Below, one piece after another: positions 27,388 through 37,036 of a stretch of DNA of 64,000 bases (position 1 is the first letter of the stretch; each line of letters begins with the position of its first letter). This DNA comes from Patescibacteria group bacterium (GTDB taxonomy: Bacteria; Patescibacteriota; Patescibacteriia; Patescibacteriales; JAQVLT01), in contig JAQVLT010000001.1 of assembly GCA_028704015.1 (NCBI GenBank), positions 39,484 through 103,483 of the forward strand, written 5' to 3'. The translations under genes and the position numbers were made by a program. A model generated the notes under the pieces. It made no database searches. It was not told where the DNA came from and saw only the letters and a program-made list of their open reading frames with translations.

Positions 27388-28971
27388 TTATTCTTTTTTC
27401 TTAAACATCTCCAAAAGACTTCTGCCTATCATTTCTTTTGGCTGTTTTAAACCAAGAAGTTCTAACACGGTTGGCGCGATATCAATAATCATGCCGCTGA
27501 TTTCCGGACAAATATTCCCCTCAATTGGCTTTTCTTTGATACTGCCATGGCTTACAAACCAACAAGGTACCGGGTTAGTAGAATGCTCTGTGTCTTTTTC
27601 AAATGTCGCGGTATTAATCATTTCTTCAACATTACCATGGTCGGACGTAATAATTAAACAGCCATTTTTCTCTAAAACTTTGTTAATCAATTTATCCAAG
27701 CACTCATCAACGCATTCTACGGCCTTGGCTCCGGCTTCTAAATCGCCAGTATGACCAACCATGTCGGGGTTGGCAAAATTTACTAAAATAAAATCATAAT
27801 TTTGTCTGTTAATTTCTTCTATTAATTTATCGGTAATTTCATAAGCGCTCATTTCCGGCTTCTTAGCGTAGCTAGGCGCGTTCTTGGAAGGAATTAAAAT
27901 CCTTTCTTCTCCCTTGAATTGTTTTTCTTCGCCGCCATTAAAAAAATAGGTGACATGCGCGTACTTTTCAGTTTCGGCAATTCGCAATTGTTTTTTATTA
28001 GCGCGCGACAGAAGCTCCCCAAGACGAGTAGTAATCTTTTGCTCGGGAAATATTACATCAGCTTTTAATTCATGTTCATATTCTACGAAGCCGGCGAATT
28101 TAACGCGCGGTACTTTAACTTTTTTAAATTCATTAAAATCATTTTGTGTAAACGCTTTTGCCATTTGACGCGAACGATCTGAGCGAAAATTAAAACAAAT
28201 TACCGAATCATTTTCTTCAATTAGCCCAACCGGTTTTTCATTTTCGTCTACCATAATCACTGGTTCAAAATATTCATCAATAACTTTATTTTTATACTGA
28301 TTATCAACTGCCTTAAAAACATCTTTTTCTTTTATGCCTTCGCCGCCAGTCCATGCGGCGAAAGCCTTTTCAACCCTATCCCAATTTCCATTTCTATCCA
28401 TAGCAAAATAACGTCCGGAAATACTGGCAATCTGGCCGATTTTAAATTCTTCTAATAAATTAAGAATCGCTTCTAAATATTTCTTGGCACTCTCGGGCGG
28501 CGTGTCGCGGCCGTCAGTAATTGCATGGATAAAAATATTTTTTACGCCCCGAGTTTTTGCCAAACCAATTAACGCCGCCAAATGATCAATATGCGAATGC
28601 ACACTGCCATCGCTTAATAAGCCAACTAAATGCAAACTAGATTTTTTCTCTTTCGCCCAGTCAATTGATTTAAGAAGTACTTTGTTCTTGGCAAATGAGC
28701 TATTCTGGATTGCCATGGTAATCGCTGGCAAATATTGAAAGATAATTTGCCCCGCGCCGATTGCCTGATGACCAACTTCGGAATTTCCCCGCACCCCCCA
28801 AGGTAAACCCACAGCCAAACCCGATGCTTGCAGAAGCACTTTGGGGTAATAAGCATTTAACTTATTTATTGTTGGCAGTTTGGCTTTGAGAATCGCATTC
28901 CCGATTTCCACGTCCCATTCTCCCCAGCCATCCAATACTACCAGAACTACAGGGTTATTTGTTTTCTTCAT
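27388..28971 (-). CDS. gpmI: 2,3-bisphosphoglycerate-independent phosphoglycerate mutase
   Basis: VVLVVLDGWG, NSEVGH, ITDGRD, ANPDMVGHTG, TSDHGN. Confidence 0.95.
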   Translation of the reverse strand: MKKTNNPVVLVVLDGWGEWDVEIGNAILKAKLPTINKLNAYYPKVLLQASGLAVGLPWGVRGNSEVGHQAIGAGQIIFQYLPAITMAIQNSSFAKNKVLLKSIDWAKEKKSSLHLVGLLSDGSVHSHIDHLAALIGLAKTRGVKNIFIHAITDGRDTPPESAKKYLEAILNLLEEFKIGQIASISGRYFAMDRNGNWDRVEKAFAAWTGGEGIKEKDVFKAVDNQYKNKVIDEYFEPVIMVDENEKPVGLIEENDSVICFNFRSDRSRQMAKAFTQNDFNEFKKVKVPRVKFAGFVEYEHELKADVIFPEQKITTRLGELLSRANKKQLRIAETEKYAHVTYFFNGGEEKQFKGEERILIPSKNAPSYAKKPEMSAYEITDKLIEEINRQNYDFILVNFANPDMVGHTGDLEAGAKAVECVDECLDKLINKVLEKNGCLIITSDHGNVEEMINTATFEKDTEHSTNPVPCWFVSHGSIKEKPIEGNICPEISGMIIDIAPTVLELLGLKQPKEMIGRSLLEMFKKKE

Positions 28972-29142
28972 AAAATTACAAATTTACAAGCTTCTCTATA
29001 AATATACAAATAAATTTTGACATACTATTATTATAGCAAATTTATAAAAAATTTATAGGGTTGAAATGCTTTTAATTTTTTAATAAATAAGGTAATATAA
29101 ATACAGAAAATAATACTTTTAATAACTAACTTACAAAAATTT

Positions 29143-29928
29143 ATGGAAGAAAAAAACTGTTGCGCCGCTGGCTGGCGTAGTCCGAAAACAATATTAATCT
29201 TTCTCGGAGTAGTATTGCTTGCGGCAATAATTATTTTTTCTATTCTCAGAGAAAAAATAGTCCAAAATGATAACTGGACAATCAATGTTGTTGGCCAAGG
29301 TAAAGTTGCTTATCAACCAGAAGTAGCCAAAGTAAGCCTTGGCGTACAAATTGATAAAGTGCAAAAAGCTGATGACGCCCTAAATCAACTAAATACAAAA
29401 ATGAATAGTATCGTCAAAGCTTTGAAAGAAGCGGGCATCAGCGAAGAGGATGTACAGACACAAAATTATACTTTATCGCCGCAATACGATACAATACAGG
29501 GCGAATTAAAAGTAGGAGGCTACAGCACTAACCAAACCGTAGTGGTAAAAGTCAAAGACATAGTAAATAACCAAGACAAAGTTTCTAAAATTATCGCTAT
29601 TGCCACGAAGGCAGGCGCCAATCAATTGGGAGGCGTGGCTTTTGAACCGGAAAATGTTAATGACCTAAAACAAGAGGCCAGAGTAAAAGCAATTACTGAC
29701 GCGCGCAACAAAGCAACCGGCATCGCCGGTGCCTTGGGCGTTAAACTGGGAAAAGTAGTCGGTTGGTGGGAAAATACTATTTCTTCACCTGATTATTCTG
29801 GATATTCCTACTACGGGGGAGGAATCGGCGGAGGAGGCGGCGGAATGGCGGGCGGAAGCGTTCCGTCAGTACCGACCGGTTTAAGAGAAATAATTATTGA
29901 AGTAAATTTGAACTATAAAATAAAATAA
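29143..29928 (+). CDS. SIMPL/DUF541 domain protein with a Gly-rich C-terminal segment
   Basis: TM anchor, AKVSLGVQ...QTQNYTLSPQY, LREIIIEVNLNYKI. Confidence 0.6.
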   Translation: MEEKNCCAAGWRSPKTILIFLGVVLLAAIIIFSILREKIVQNDNWTINVVGQGKVAYQPEVAKVSLGVQIDKVQKADDALNQLNTKMNSIVKALKEAGISEEDVQTQNYTLSPQYDTIQGELKVGGYSTNQTVVVKVKDIVNNQDKVSKIIAIATKAGANQLGGVAFEPENVNDLKQEARVKAITDARNKATGIAGALGVKLGKVVGWWENTISSPDYSGYSYYGGGIGGGGGGMAGGSVPSVPTGLREIIIEVNLNYKIK

Positions 29929-29939
29929 TATTGAAATCA

Positions 29940-29982
29940 AAAAATTAAAAAAATACTCCGGGGAAAACGGAGTATTTTTTTA
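29940..29982. terminator. bidirectional hairpin terminator
   Basis: atactccg/cggagtat stem between an A-run and a T-run. Confidence 0.7.
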
Positions 29983-29994
29983 TAATCATCAAAT

Positions 29995-30222
29995 TTATTT
30001 TTTACTTTTAACTAAAATGACCGCGCCTAAAGCAAATGCGATCGTAAAAAATATCGCACCAAAAAAACAAGGAGTGGCAAAAGGATTGGTTGAATTAAGC
30101 GCGCAACCCAAAGTGCAAGTTTGGGCATTAGCCCAGCTTAAATATTCGCGAACAAAATTGTACCAAGCAAAAATTGTCCCGGCCAGGAGAACTATAAATT
30201 GAATAATAATAATTTTTTTCAT
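29995..30222 (-). CDS. small Cys-containing membrane protein, hypothetical
   Basis: 75 aa, two TM helices, CTLGC. Confidence 0.4.
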   Translation of the reverse strand: MKKIIIIQFIVLLAGTIFAWYNFVREYLSWANAQTCTLGCALNSTNPFATPCFFGAIFFTIAFALGAVILVKSKK

Positions 30223-30308
30223 AAAATTTATTTTGCGTATTCATTTAGAGCGCGACGCTACGCCCATGAACCAAAAATATTATTTCACCAAGCTATTATA
30301 TTAAAATT

Positions 30309-31034
30309 TTACTTTACATTGAGAATGCATTTTAAAACCGTATTATCGCCAAACTGTTTTTTGAGAATTTTAGCGTTAGAAACCACGCAATGCCCCCCGA
30401 TTTTTCCCTGTGGCGGAAATAATACCGGCCGAATTACATTTTTTTTGCCCAATTTTTTATATCCTTCGTTGTAAGTAGTGTTAAAATCTTTCATTACTAT
30501 ATCAAAATCCAGATTTAATTTTTGGCAAAGTTTAAAAGCATAATGATGGAAGGAAATGCAAGACCCATAATAAGTGGTGTCCAAAAGTTTCCCCAATTCC
30601 GTGGCGCGGGAATCTTTGCAGGCGAGAACCTTCATTCCCAAATTTCTGAAGTGTTTACTCACAACTTGTGCGGTTTTATTATCGTCGCTACCAACATATT
30701 TAACAAAAGTTTTAATGCCTTTATGTAAATTTGGATGCACTCCCCTTATGGGGCTATGAGCAATATTTTTAAATTCTTTCCCAATTTTTCTGGTTGTGCC
30801 AACCGCGACAGTTGAATGAATGACAACATATTTAGGATGAAATTTTCTGATTATTTTTAATACTTCTCCAACAAATTCCTTGGAATATGGGATGCAGACA
30901 TGAAGAAAATCCATGCCAACTATAAATTCATTTTTCCCCTTATCCCCAATTAAAGGATTTTTGTAAAATTGAGCGACCGCCTTGCCAACCTCTCCAAATC
31001 CTAAGACGCCCACTTTAATCTTATTTTTTTTCAT
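30309..31034 (-). CDS. NAD-binding dehydrogenase, short UDP-glucose/GDP-mannose dehydrogenase-like
   Basis: Rossmann VGVLGFGEVG and a GGHC cysteine motif near the C-terminus. ATG at 31034. Confidence 0.45.
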   Translation of the reverse strand: MKKNKIKVGVLGFGEVGKAVAQFYKNPLIGDKGKNEFIVGMDFLHVCIPYSKEFVGEVLKIIRKFHPKYVVIHSTVAVGTTRKIGKEFKNIAHSPIRGVHPNLHKGIKTFVKYVGSDDNKTAQVVSKHFRNLGMKVLACKDSRATELGKLLDTTYYGSCISFHHYAFKLCQKLNLDFDIVMKDFNTTYNEGYKKLGKKNVIRPVLFPPQGKIGGHCVVSNAKILKKQFGDNTVLKCILNVK

Positions 31035-31157
31035 AATTTTATAATCAAACAAAATAATTTATAATTAAAAAAATACCTCTAACTTTAGTATATAGTTAAA
31101 AGTATTTTTATTCAATCCTAATTTGAAATTGGTGCCCGAAAAAGTTAAAAAAAATTT

Positions 31158-32777
31158 TTATTGAAATGATTGATTATAAAAAAAAGAGCCATGAAGCTCA
31201 TTTTTCCATTTAGGGGTGGCTACTGGGCAATGACCCAACACTTTCATTGACGAAAGCATAATTTTGAATTCGTCGTGCGGTTCAATGCCCACCACTTTTT
31301 TATCTTTAACCCAAACTCTTTTAATTATTAGTCTTACCCAATCCCTTCTTTCATCGTCGCCTATATCCGCTTTCCATAAGGTTTTGAAGTCTCTTAAAAA
31401 ATTATCAACTTTTTTCATCGCCCGTTCTTTATTCGCTTTAAAACTACCAGCCATTAAAACTCCAATGCTTTTATATTTTCTCAATTCCTCCTCAATCTCG
31501 CCGAGTTGCAACAAATAATCATCATTGCTAATCTCATCGGTATTGTCGTATTTGAAATTTAGTTTTCTCTTTTTAGCCAAAAGATTTTTAACTATTTGCA
31601 TTTCCACTGAATCGTCTTGAAAGCTATCAAATATTTCAGACGCCTTTTTTAGCGTATCTCTTATTATATCCTCTGAAACCTTAACGCAACCCATATAATT
31701 TAAAACTTGCTTGTCTATTATATCGCAGGGAACATTGGGCTGATTGCACGCTTTGGCTTCTCGCTTAAACTTACAAGTATAATAATATACTTCTTTATTT
31801 TTCCTGTCTATTTGCGTGTGGCAATACATTTTAGGGATAAAATTATTGGTTTTTTGTTCTTCTCTACCTTTCATATGCTTAACGCAATGGAAGCAATAGA
31901 CTAAACCTTGCAGCAAATAGAATCTATGTTTTGCCGTTGGCCGTCCGCAGGTATGCGATTTTTCGCTAATGATTTCTTGGACTTTCTCAAATATCTCCGT
32001 ATTTATAATCGCTTTATGCCCGCCTTTAACATTGGGGCAATCACGTCTGGGAGAAACAACTAATCCTAAATAAACTTTATTTTTCAAAATATCTTTTATT
32101 GAGCTAACCGTGAAAGGATTTTTATGTTTCGTTTTTAACCCTTTATCGTTTAAATATTTAGCCAAACTGGAAAAGGAATATTTGTTAGAGGCATAGAGTT
32201 TAAAAATCTCTTTTACTACTTTTACTTCAACTTCATCAATAAACAAATCTTTGGTGTTGCCTTTCTTTTTACAATAACCTAGGGGTGGATTGCCAAGACA
32301 AAATCCTTGTCGTCTCTTTTCTGAAAAAGCTTTCCTCATCCAAAAGCTTAATTGGCGACTGTAGTGTTCATCGAAAACCTCGTGGATTGTTTCGTTTAAA
32401 AAAACGTGCGGACTACTTGAATCGCCGAAATCTTGGCTGACAAATAACACTTCTATTCCCAGTTTATTACGAAGTAATTTCTTGTAATGTTGAGCTTCTT
32501 CAATGTTACGCGCGAAGCGGGAAGTATGAAATACTAAAATTACTTGAAATTTTCCTTCCATGGCGTCGCTTATCATTTGGTTAAAGGAATCTCGCTTTTC
32601 CGCTGAAGTTCCTGAAACCAAATCTTTGTAAAAACCAATCAGCTCAATATTATGTTTCTTAGCATAGGCGCGAATATCATTCTCTTGTTTTTGAGGCGAG
32701 AAGCCCTTGTCTTGGCTTTCGGTAGATTCTCTGATATAAAAGACTCCTAAACGCTTTTTTTCTTTAATTTCTTCCAT
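31158..32777 (-). CDS. large serine recombinase (resolvase/invertase N-domain, recombinase domain, zinc ribbon)
   Basis: GVFYIRESTESQ (catalytic Ser), VLVFHTSRFARN, Cys clusters CFHC...CKFK..C. ATG at 32777. The 3' end runs across the 14-nt tRNA-His-derived repeat. Confidence 0.85.
   Translation of the reverse strand: MEEIKEKKRLGVFYIRESTESQDKGFSPQKQENDIRAYAKKHNIELIGFYKDLVSGTSAEKRDSFNQMISDAMEGKFQVILVFHTSRFARNIEEAQHYKKLLRNKLGIEVLFVSQDFGDSSSPHVFLNETIHEVFDEHYSRQLSFWMRKAFSEKRRQGFCLGNPPLGYCKKKGNTKDLFIDEVEVKVVKEIFKLYASNKYSFSSLAKYLNDKGLKTKHKNPFTVSSIKDILKNKVYLGLVVSPRRDCPNVKGGHKAIINTEIFEKVQEIISEKSHTCGRPTAKHRFYLLQGLVYCFHCVKHMKGREEQKTNNFIPKMYCHTQIDRKNKEVYYYTCKFKREAKACNQPNVPCDIIDKQVLNYMGCVKVSEDIIRDTLKKASEIFDSFQDDSVEMQIVKNLLAKKRKLNFKYDNTDEISNDDYLLQLGEIEEELRKYKSIGVLMAGSFKANKERAMKKVDNFLRDFKTLWKADIGDDERRDWVRLIIKRVWVKDKKVVGIEPHDEFKIMLSSMKVLGHCPVATPKWKNELHGSFFYNQSFQ
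31214..31227. repeat. direct repeat gggtggctactggg, left copy (displaced tRNA-His 3' end)
   Basis: Identical 14-mer at 42306-42319. The next ~11 nt still resemble a T-arm. Confidence 0.85.
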
Positions 32778-32863
32778 AAATTTTAAGTTAATTATATATA
32801 AATATATTATAAAATGTTTTGGGATATTCCACAAGCAAAATTATGCTAACATTAGGTAAAAAT

Positions 32864-32892
32864 TTGACATTATGTTAACACGAAATTATAAT
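32864..32892 (+). promoter_or_regulatory. consensus sigma70-type promoter, divergent from the recombinase gene
   Basis: TTGACA (32864-32869), 17-nt spacer, TATAAT (32887-32892). Confidence 0.65.
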
Positions 32893-32911
32893 AAAAATAA
32901 GCCTGATATTT

Positions 32912-33058
32912 ATGAAAATAAACATCAAATTATTTTTAGAAGCACTAAATATTAATCGTAAAGAAGTAAGCGAAGTGATTCAACTTTCGCCAAATTTAGT
33001 TAAAGTAGTTTGGGCGGACGGGATGAGCCAAAAGTTTAAAGTAAGCAAAATTATTTAG
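32912..33058 (+). CDS. 48-aa ORF downstream of the consensus promoter (possible Xis/RDF-like or regulator)
   Basis: MKINIKLFLEALNINRKEVSEVIQLSPNLVKVVWADGMSQKFKVSKII; a helix-turn-helix-like middle. Below the track length cut-off. Confidence 0.35.
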   Translation: MKINIKLFLEALNINRKEVSEVIQLSPNLVKVVWADGMSQKFKVSKII

Positions 33059-33061
33059 CAA

Positions 33062-33562
33062 TTAAATTCCCAGCAGTTGCTTTTTCTTTGTTTGAAATTC
33101 CTCCTCGGTAATAATTCCCCGGTTTTTCATATCAGCCAATTTTTCTATTTCGTCATAATTACTACCTGATTTATTGTCTTTGCCTAATCTTGCGTCTTCT
33201 ATAATCTTCTCCCATGACCTAAAAAACGGCTCGGCTATTTTATCTAAATGTCCTAGAACGAGTCCATTTACATAAGAACGGCGTTCTATTGTTTTAGTTC
33301 TATTTTTGCCTTCTTCGTTGTACGAAATATCTAAAAAATCATAACCAGCCATAACTCCCTTTTTTGCTCTCACGTTTGTTATATTTTTAAGAGGGATATT
33401 AAATATTTTTTTACTAAGGCAAAGAAAGTAAATTTCATTTTGCGTTAAAACTAAACTGCCTTTCTTTTTTCCAAACAATTTTCCATTGTCATAAATTAGA
33501 TTAGATTCTTTTTTGATTATTTTTTCATCCTGCATATGTTTAATTATTTTATAACTTACCAC
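33062..33562 (-). CDS. PH-like (bPH/GRAM-type) plus SHOCT domain protein
   Basis: C-terminal LADMKNRGIITEEEFQTKKKQLLGI is a SHOCT signature. Start ambiguous: GTG at 33562 or ATG at 33535. Confidence 0.5.
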   Translation of the reverse strand: MVSYKIIKHMQDEKIIKKESNLIYDNGKLFGKKKGSLVLTQNEIYFLCLSKKIFNIPLKNITNVRAKKGVMAGYDFLDISYNEEGKNRTKTIERRSYVNGLVLGHLDKIAEPFFRSWEKIIEDARLGKDNKSGSNYDEIEKLADMKNRGIITEEEFQTKKKQLLGI

Positions 33563-34586
33563 CCATCGCTTGATAAGCGTTTAAAACATTTTCTAATGAC
33601 GTCTTTTCTGCTTCTGTAATTACACGGTCTTTATAGTAATCTTTGCCCTGATATCTTATCTTTGACTCTTTTGATTCTATTATTAATTTTGCAATTGCTA
33701 TCGCCATTGAATCCGCCTTTTCATCAGACCACTCCCAAACGGTATTTGAATTATCTCGTTTTATTTCGCTTGGAACATAATCAGTAGTTACATCGAAAAT
33801 TTTAAATATATAACGATTTATAAATAACCAATCTCCCCCGGCATAGCTCACTCTAAAACGAAGTGTCGGCACGTTCTCTTTGTTTACGCCAAAATACATA
33901 CTGACATTATTTGTATTGCGAGTCTGTGGTGTGTTTTGGTCATAATACCAAATAATGCCTTGCATATCATCAACCTCTTTTACCATTTTGCTTAAAGCAA
34001 TTTGTCTTTCTTTTTCTTCCGCCTCGGCCTTAGCTTTATTTTCCGCTTCTTGAGCTTCTTTCTTTTTTTGAGCGATTGCTTTTTCTTCTTCCGTTAATTC
34101 TCTTGAGATAATTATATTATCACTTTTATTTTTATTCCGGTAGCTGGCGAATAGACTGATTTTGTTTTCTCCTTGGTTTAAAGAAATTTGGCGAGAAAAA
34201 TGACCACCTTCAATTGCCACTTGCTCTCCGTTAATTTTCAAAGTAGCGTCCACTGGATTTATTGTGCCACTAATTGTAATTTGGTCGCTAAAGACATTCT
34301 TTTCGTGATTTTCTATGGTGATAATAGGGGTTGGAGAGCTAACATCTTTTATTATCGATATCGTAGGTGATATCATCATCAATCCTATAATTGAGATAAT
34401 AATTATTTTTATCTTTTTATTTATTTTTTCGCTTCTCCAAACATAAAAACCAATAACAATAAATATCGCCATTGCGAATAGCTTCGCCATTACATTATTT
34501 AACGATGGGAAAATAGTTCCTATTAAACCCAGCAAGAAGAAACCGATAAAGAAAATACCGACTCCTTTTAAGATTTTTTTGGTCAT
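33549..34586 (-). CDS. membrane-anchored protein with Ig-like and coiled-coil segments, hypothetical
   Basis: Three N-terminal TM helices, a beta-rich ITISGTINPVDATLKING segment and a KKKEAQEAENKAKAEAEEKE coil. Confidence 0.4.
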   Translation of the reverse strand: MTKKILKGVGIFFIGFFLLGLIGTIFPSLNNVMAKLFAMAIFIVIGFYVWRSEKINKKIKIIIISIIGLMMISPTISIIKDVSSPTPIITIENHEKNVFSDQITISGTINPVDATLKINGEQVAIEGGHFSRQISLNQGENKISLFASYRNKNKSDNIIISRELTEEEKAIAQKKKEAQEAENKAKAEAEEKERQIALSKMVKEVDDMQGIIWYYDQNTPQTRNTNNVSMYFGVNKENVPTLRFRVSYAGGDWLFINRYIFKIFDVTTDYVPSEIKRDNSNTVWEWSDEKADSMAIAIAKLIIESKESKIRYQGKDYYKDRVITEAEKTSLENVLNAYQAMGGKL

Positions 34587-34944
34587 ACTTTTTATAATTA
34601 AATAAATAAAATTAATTTTTTCCCACGCAAAAGGCCTCCCAACATAGTTTCATTACCCTTTCGGGCAATGGCATAGACAGCAAAAACTAGTCAGGAGACC
34701 ATCTCCGCTGTCTATGTCTTTTTAACCATGCCCAACGCACGTTGGGTTTAGGTCTAAATTTTCTCAAATTAATTATATTATAAAGCTACTGAAAAATAAA
34801 GACCTAATCCAACTTCGCCCCTAAATTAGCCAATTTTTAAAGTTTTCAATGAGCATATAATTTATTACCCGTTTTCCCTGAAAATCTGTCTAAGGGGAGA
34901 TTTTGCGGTTTTAGGGTATTTCTAGACAACGGACTTATAATGCA

Positions 34945-36087
34945 TTATAAGTCGGCGTTGAAAATCCAATTTTCTTCAATAATTTTATTTAACTTGGCAT
35001 TGTAGAATAACAGCTTGCTTTCAGAATTACTATATTCTGGCTTCAAATAATTCGTAATAATTTGATCGCTTTTTAAAAATATGACTTCCGGCCTATACGC
35101 TTTTTTTGCCATATCAATACATTTTTCTAAATTTTCTCGCGAGACTAATTCTGAAGGAATGCGAATTACTGCAAAACCTTCTGTGGTTAGGCATAAATTA
35201 GCTATCCTGTCCCTTTCAATGTTTTCTTCTATTTTTCCATGAAAATATTCGCTGTCTATTTGGAGTATTATTGGATATTTTGCGTCTTTCAAACGTAAAC
35301 AAAAATCAACGATGTACCCAATAAAATATTTTTTGTCTCTAAATATTTTTATTCCGAGCTGTTCCTGAATCATGTCTAGCCCCATTTCTTTAAGCAACTG
35401 CCTAGTTAATATTTCGGCCCGTGTTCTTTTAGGATTTTTTACGCCTGCTTCAATTCTTTTTTCACTTATCTTTAATTTTGTACTTTCCTGGCAAGGGGTG
35501 CCTTTTCTATTTTTTTGTCGATTTGCTTCTCTGAAACAATTCTTTATGTTTTGCCTAGATTTATTTCTTGCGCTTCTTAAAATCGTAAAATTTCTTCTTC
35601 TGATATAGCGAAGCTCTTTGTTTATAGGTATGCCCCTCCTTTTAAATAAACTAGTAACAGCTCCCGCGGTCACGCCAAATCGTTCAGCTATCTGAATAAT
35701 ACTTAACCCCTCTTTTTTATACATTTTTTCTAGCGCTTCTTTTGTTTTTAATTCGGCATTTCCTTTTTTAAATTTTAATTCAGCTGGTTTTTTTATACCA
35801 AATTTTTTTAGTGCTTTATTAATTTTGCTTGCCGATAAATTAAATTCTTTCATAATATCGGGGGCTGTTTTTTTTAGGATAATATAATTTTTTTCTAAAA
35901 ATTCTTTTGTTAAAGGTTTCTGAAATTCAGACTCTCGGCTAAATTCTAGATTTTTAATCTTTTTAATCCCATATTTTTTAAGCTCCTTTTCTATTTCTTT
36001 ACCAGACGCCCCCGTTTCTTCCGATATTTGTTTAATGGTTTTATTTTTATTCAGATAATTCTCTGATAAATACTCTTTGGTAATCAT
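34945..36087 (-). CDS. multi-HTH protein with C-terminal DUF559/Vsr-like PD-(D/E)XK endonuclease domain
   Basis: Three repeats of the I(S/A)E..G.S...I.K.LKK(Y/F)GIKK type, then VDFCL...ILQIDSEYFHG...RDR...GFAVIRIP. Confidence 0.5.
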   Translation of the reverse strand: MITKEYLSENYLNKNKTIKQISEETGASGKEIEKELKKYGIKKIKNLEFSRESEFQKPLTKEFLEKNYIILKKTAPDIMKEFNLSASKINKALKKFGIKKPAELKFKKGNAELKTKEALEKMYKKEGLSIIQIAERFGVTAGAVTSLFKRRGIPINKELRYIRRRNFTILRSARNKSRQNIKNCFREANRQKNRKGTPCQESTKLKISEKRIEAGVKNPKRTRAEILTRQLLKEMGLDMIQEQLGIKIFRDKKYFIGYIVDFCLRLKDAKYPIILQIDSEYFHGKIEENIERDRIANLCLTTEGFAVIRIPSELVSRENLEKCIDMAKKAYRPEVIFLKSDQIITNYLKPEYSNSESKLLFYNAKLNKIIEENWIFNADL

Positions 36088-36136
36088 AGATTTATTTTTG
36101 TTCTTTTCTGAAAAAGCGTGGCATTTTAAGTTATTT

Positions 36137-36820
36137 TTACCGCGTTTTTTCAGAAAAGAACATTGCGTTTAAAATTGTTAAATAGATGACATCTTGGCCA
36201 GCCTTTTGTTCGGTTACGATATAGATGTCAGACACAGTATTACCAGCATAAGTGGTAGTGTCATCGGCGATAGCAAAGGTCGGGATAATTGGCAATTTAC
36301 CTACCATTGATTGATAGAAGTTTACATCAATACCAGTAGATACAGAGTTAGTTTGGTCTAGGTTAACTCTTACATCACCAGCTAAAGACTGATTAATAGC
36401 TCTCTTCATTCCATAGGAACAATAGATAGCAGTCGGTTTAGCATTGTAAGTTTTAACGATATTGGCAATCTCTTTTTCTATTAAATCAGTTCTAAAACCA
36501 AGAGCATTGTTATTATCATCAGTGACGTTAGTGGTGATAAGAGTTTTCAAGCCGTCAAACTGTAATGCAGATACACCAGAGTTACCAGTGATGATGAATT
36601 GCTCTTCGTCTTGGATGGTTTCTCTAATAGCGATTTCAGTTTGCTCTGCTTCTTGGTCCATAAAGGACTTGCCAGCGGCTAACATTCTATCAGTGATAGA
36701 TTTGGTTTTACCCAATTCTTTATACACCGCAGAACGCCTTACATAGGTAGAAGCGCCTTCAGTCGGAGTGCCGCCTTCTGCGAAAGGAGCATTACCTACT
36801 CCGATAGCAGTTAGATTCAA
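36137..36820 (-). pseudogene. fragment of an HK97-fold phage major capsid protein gene
   Basis: No ATG; the track M is a TTG inside a longer frame. FAEGGTPTEG...SITDRML...EQFIITGNS..FDGLKTLIT resembles the middle of a capsid protein. The C-terminus ends in unrelated hairpin sequence. Confidence 0.45.
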
Positions 36821-37036
36821 GGCGGTTCTTTTGGTTTATCGTCTAAAAGGTGAGGATTCTTGCGTATTAATTCGCAAAAGAATTCTGCTAGTTTGTTGAC
36901 TGTCTGCTCGCTATAATTTTCATTTGTTTTTAGATTGTTTAAATTGTTCATTTCCCAAAAATAAAAAATAGTCATTGCAAGACTATTTTAAATTAATGGG
37001 CATTCATAAAATTCATATGATATTCATATGAATCTT

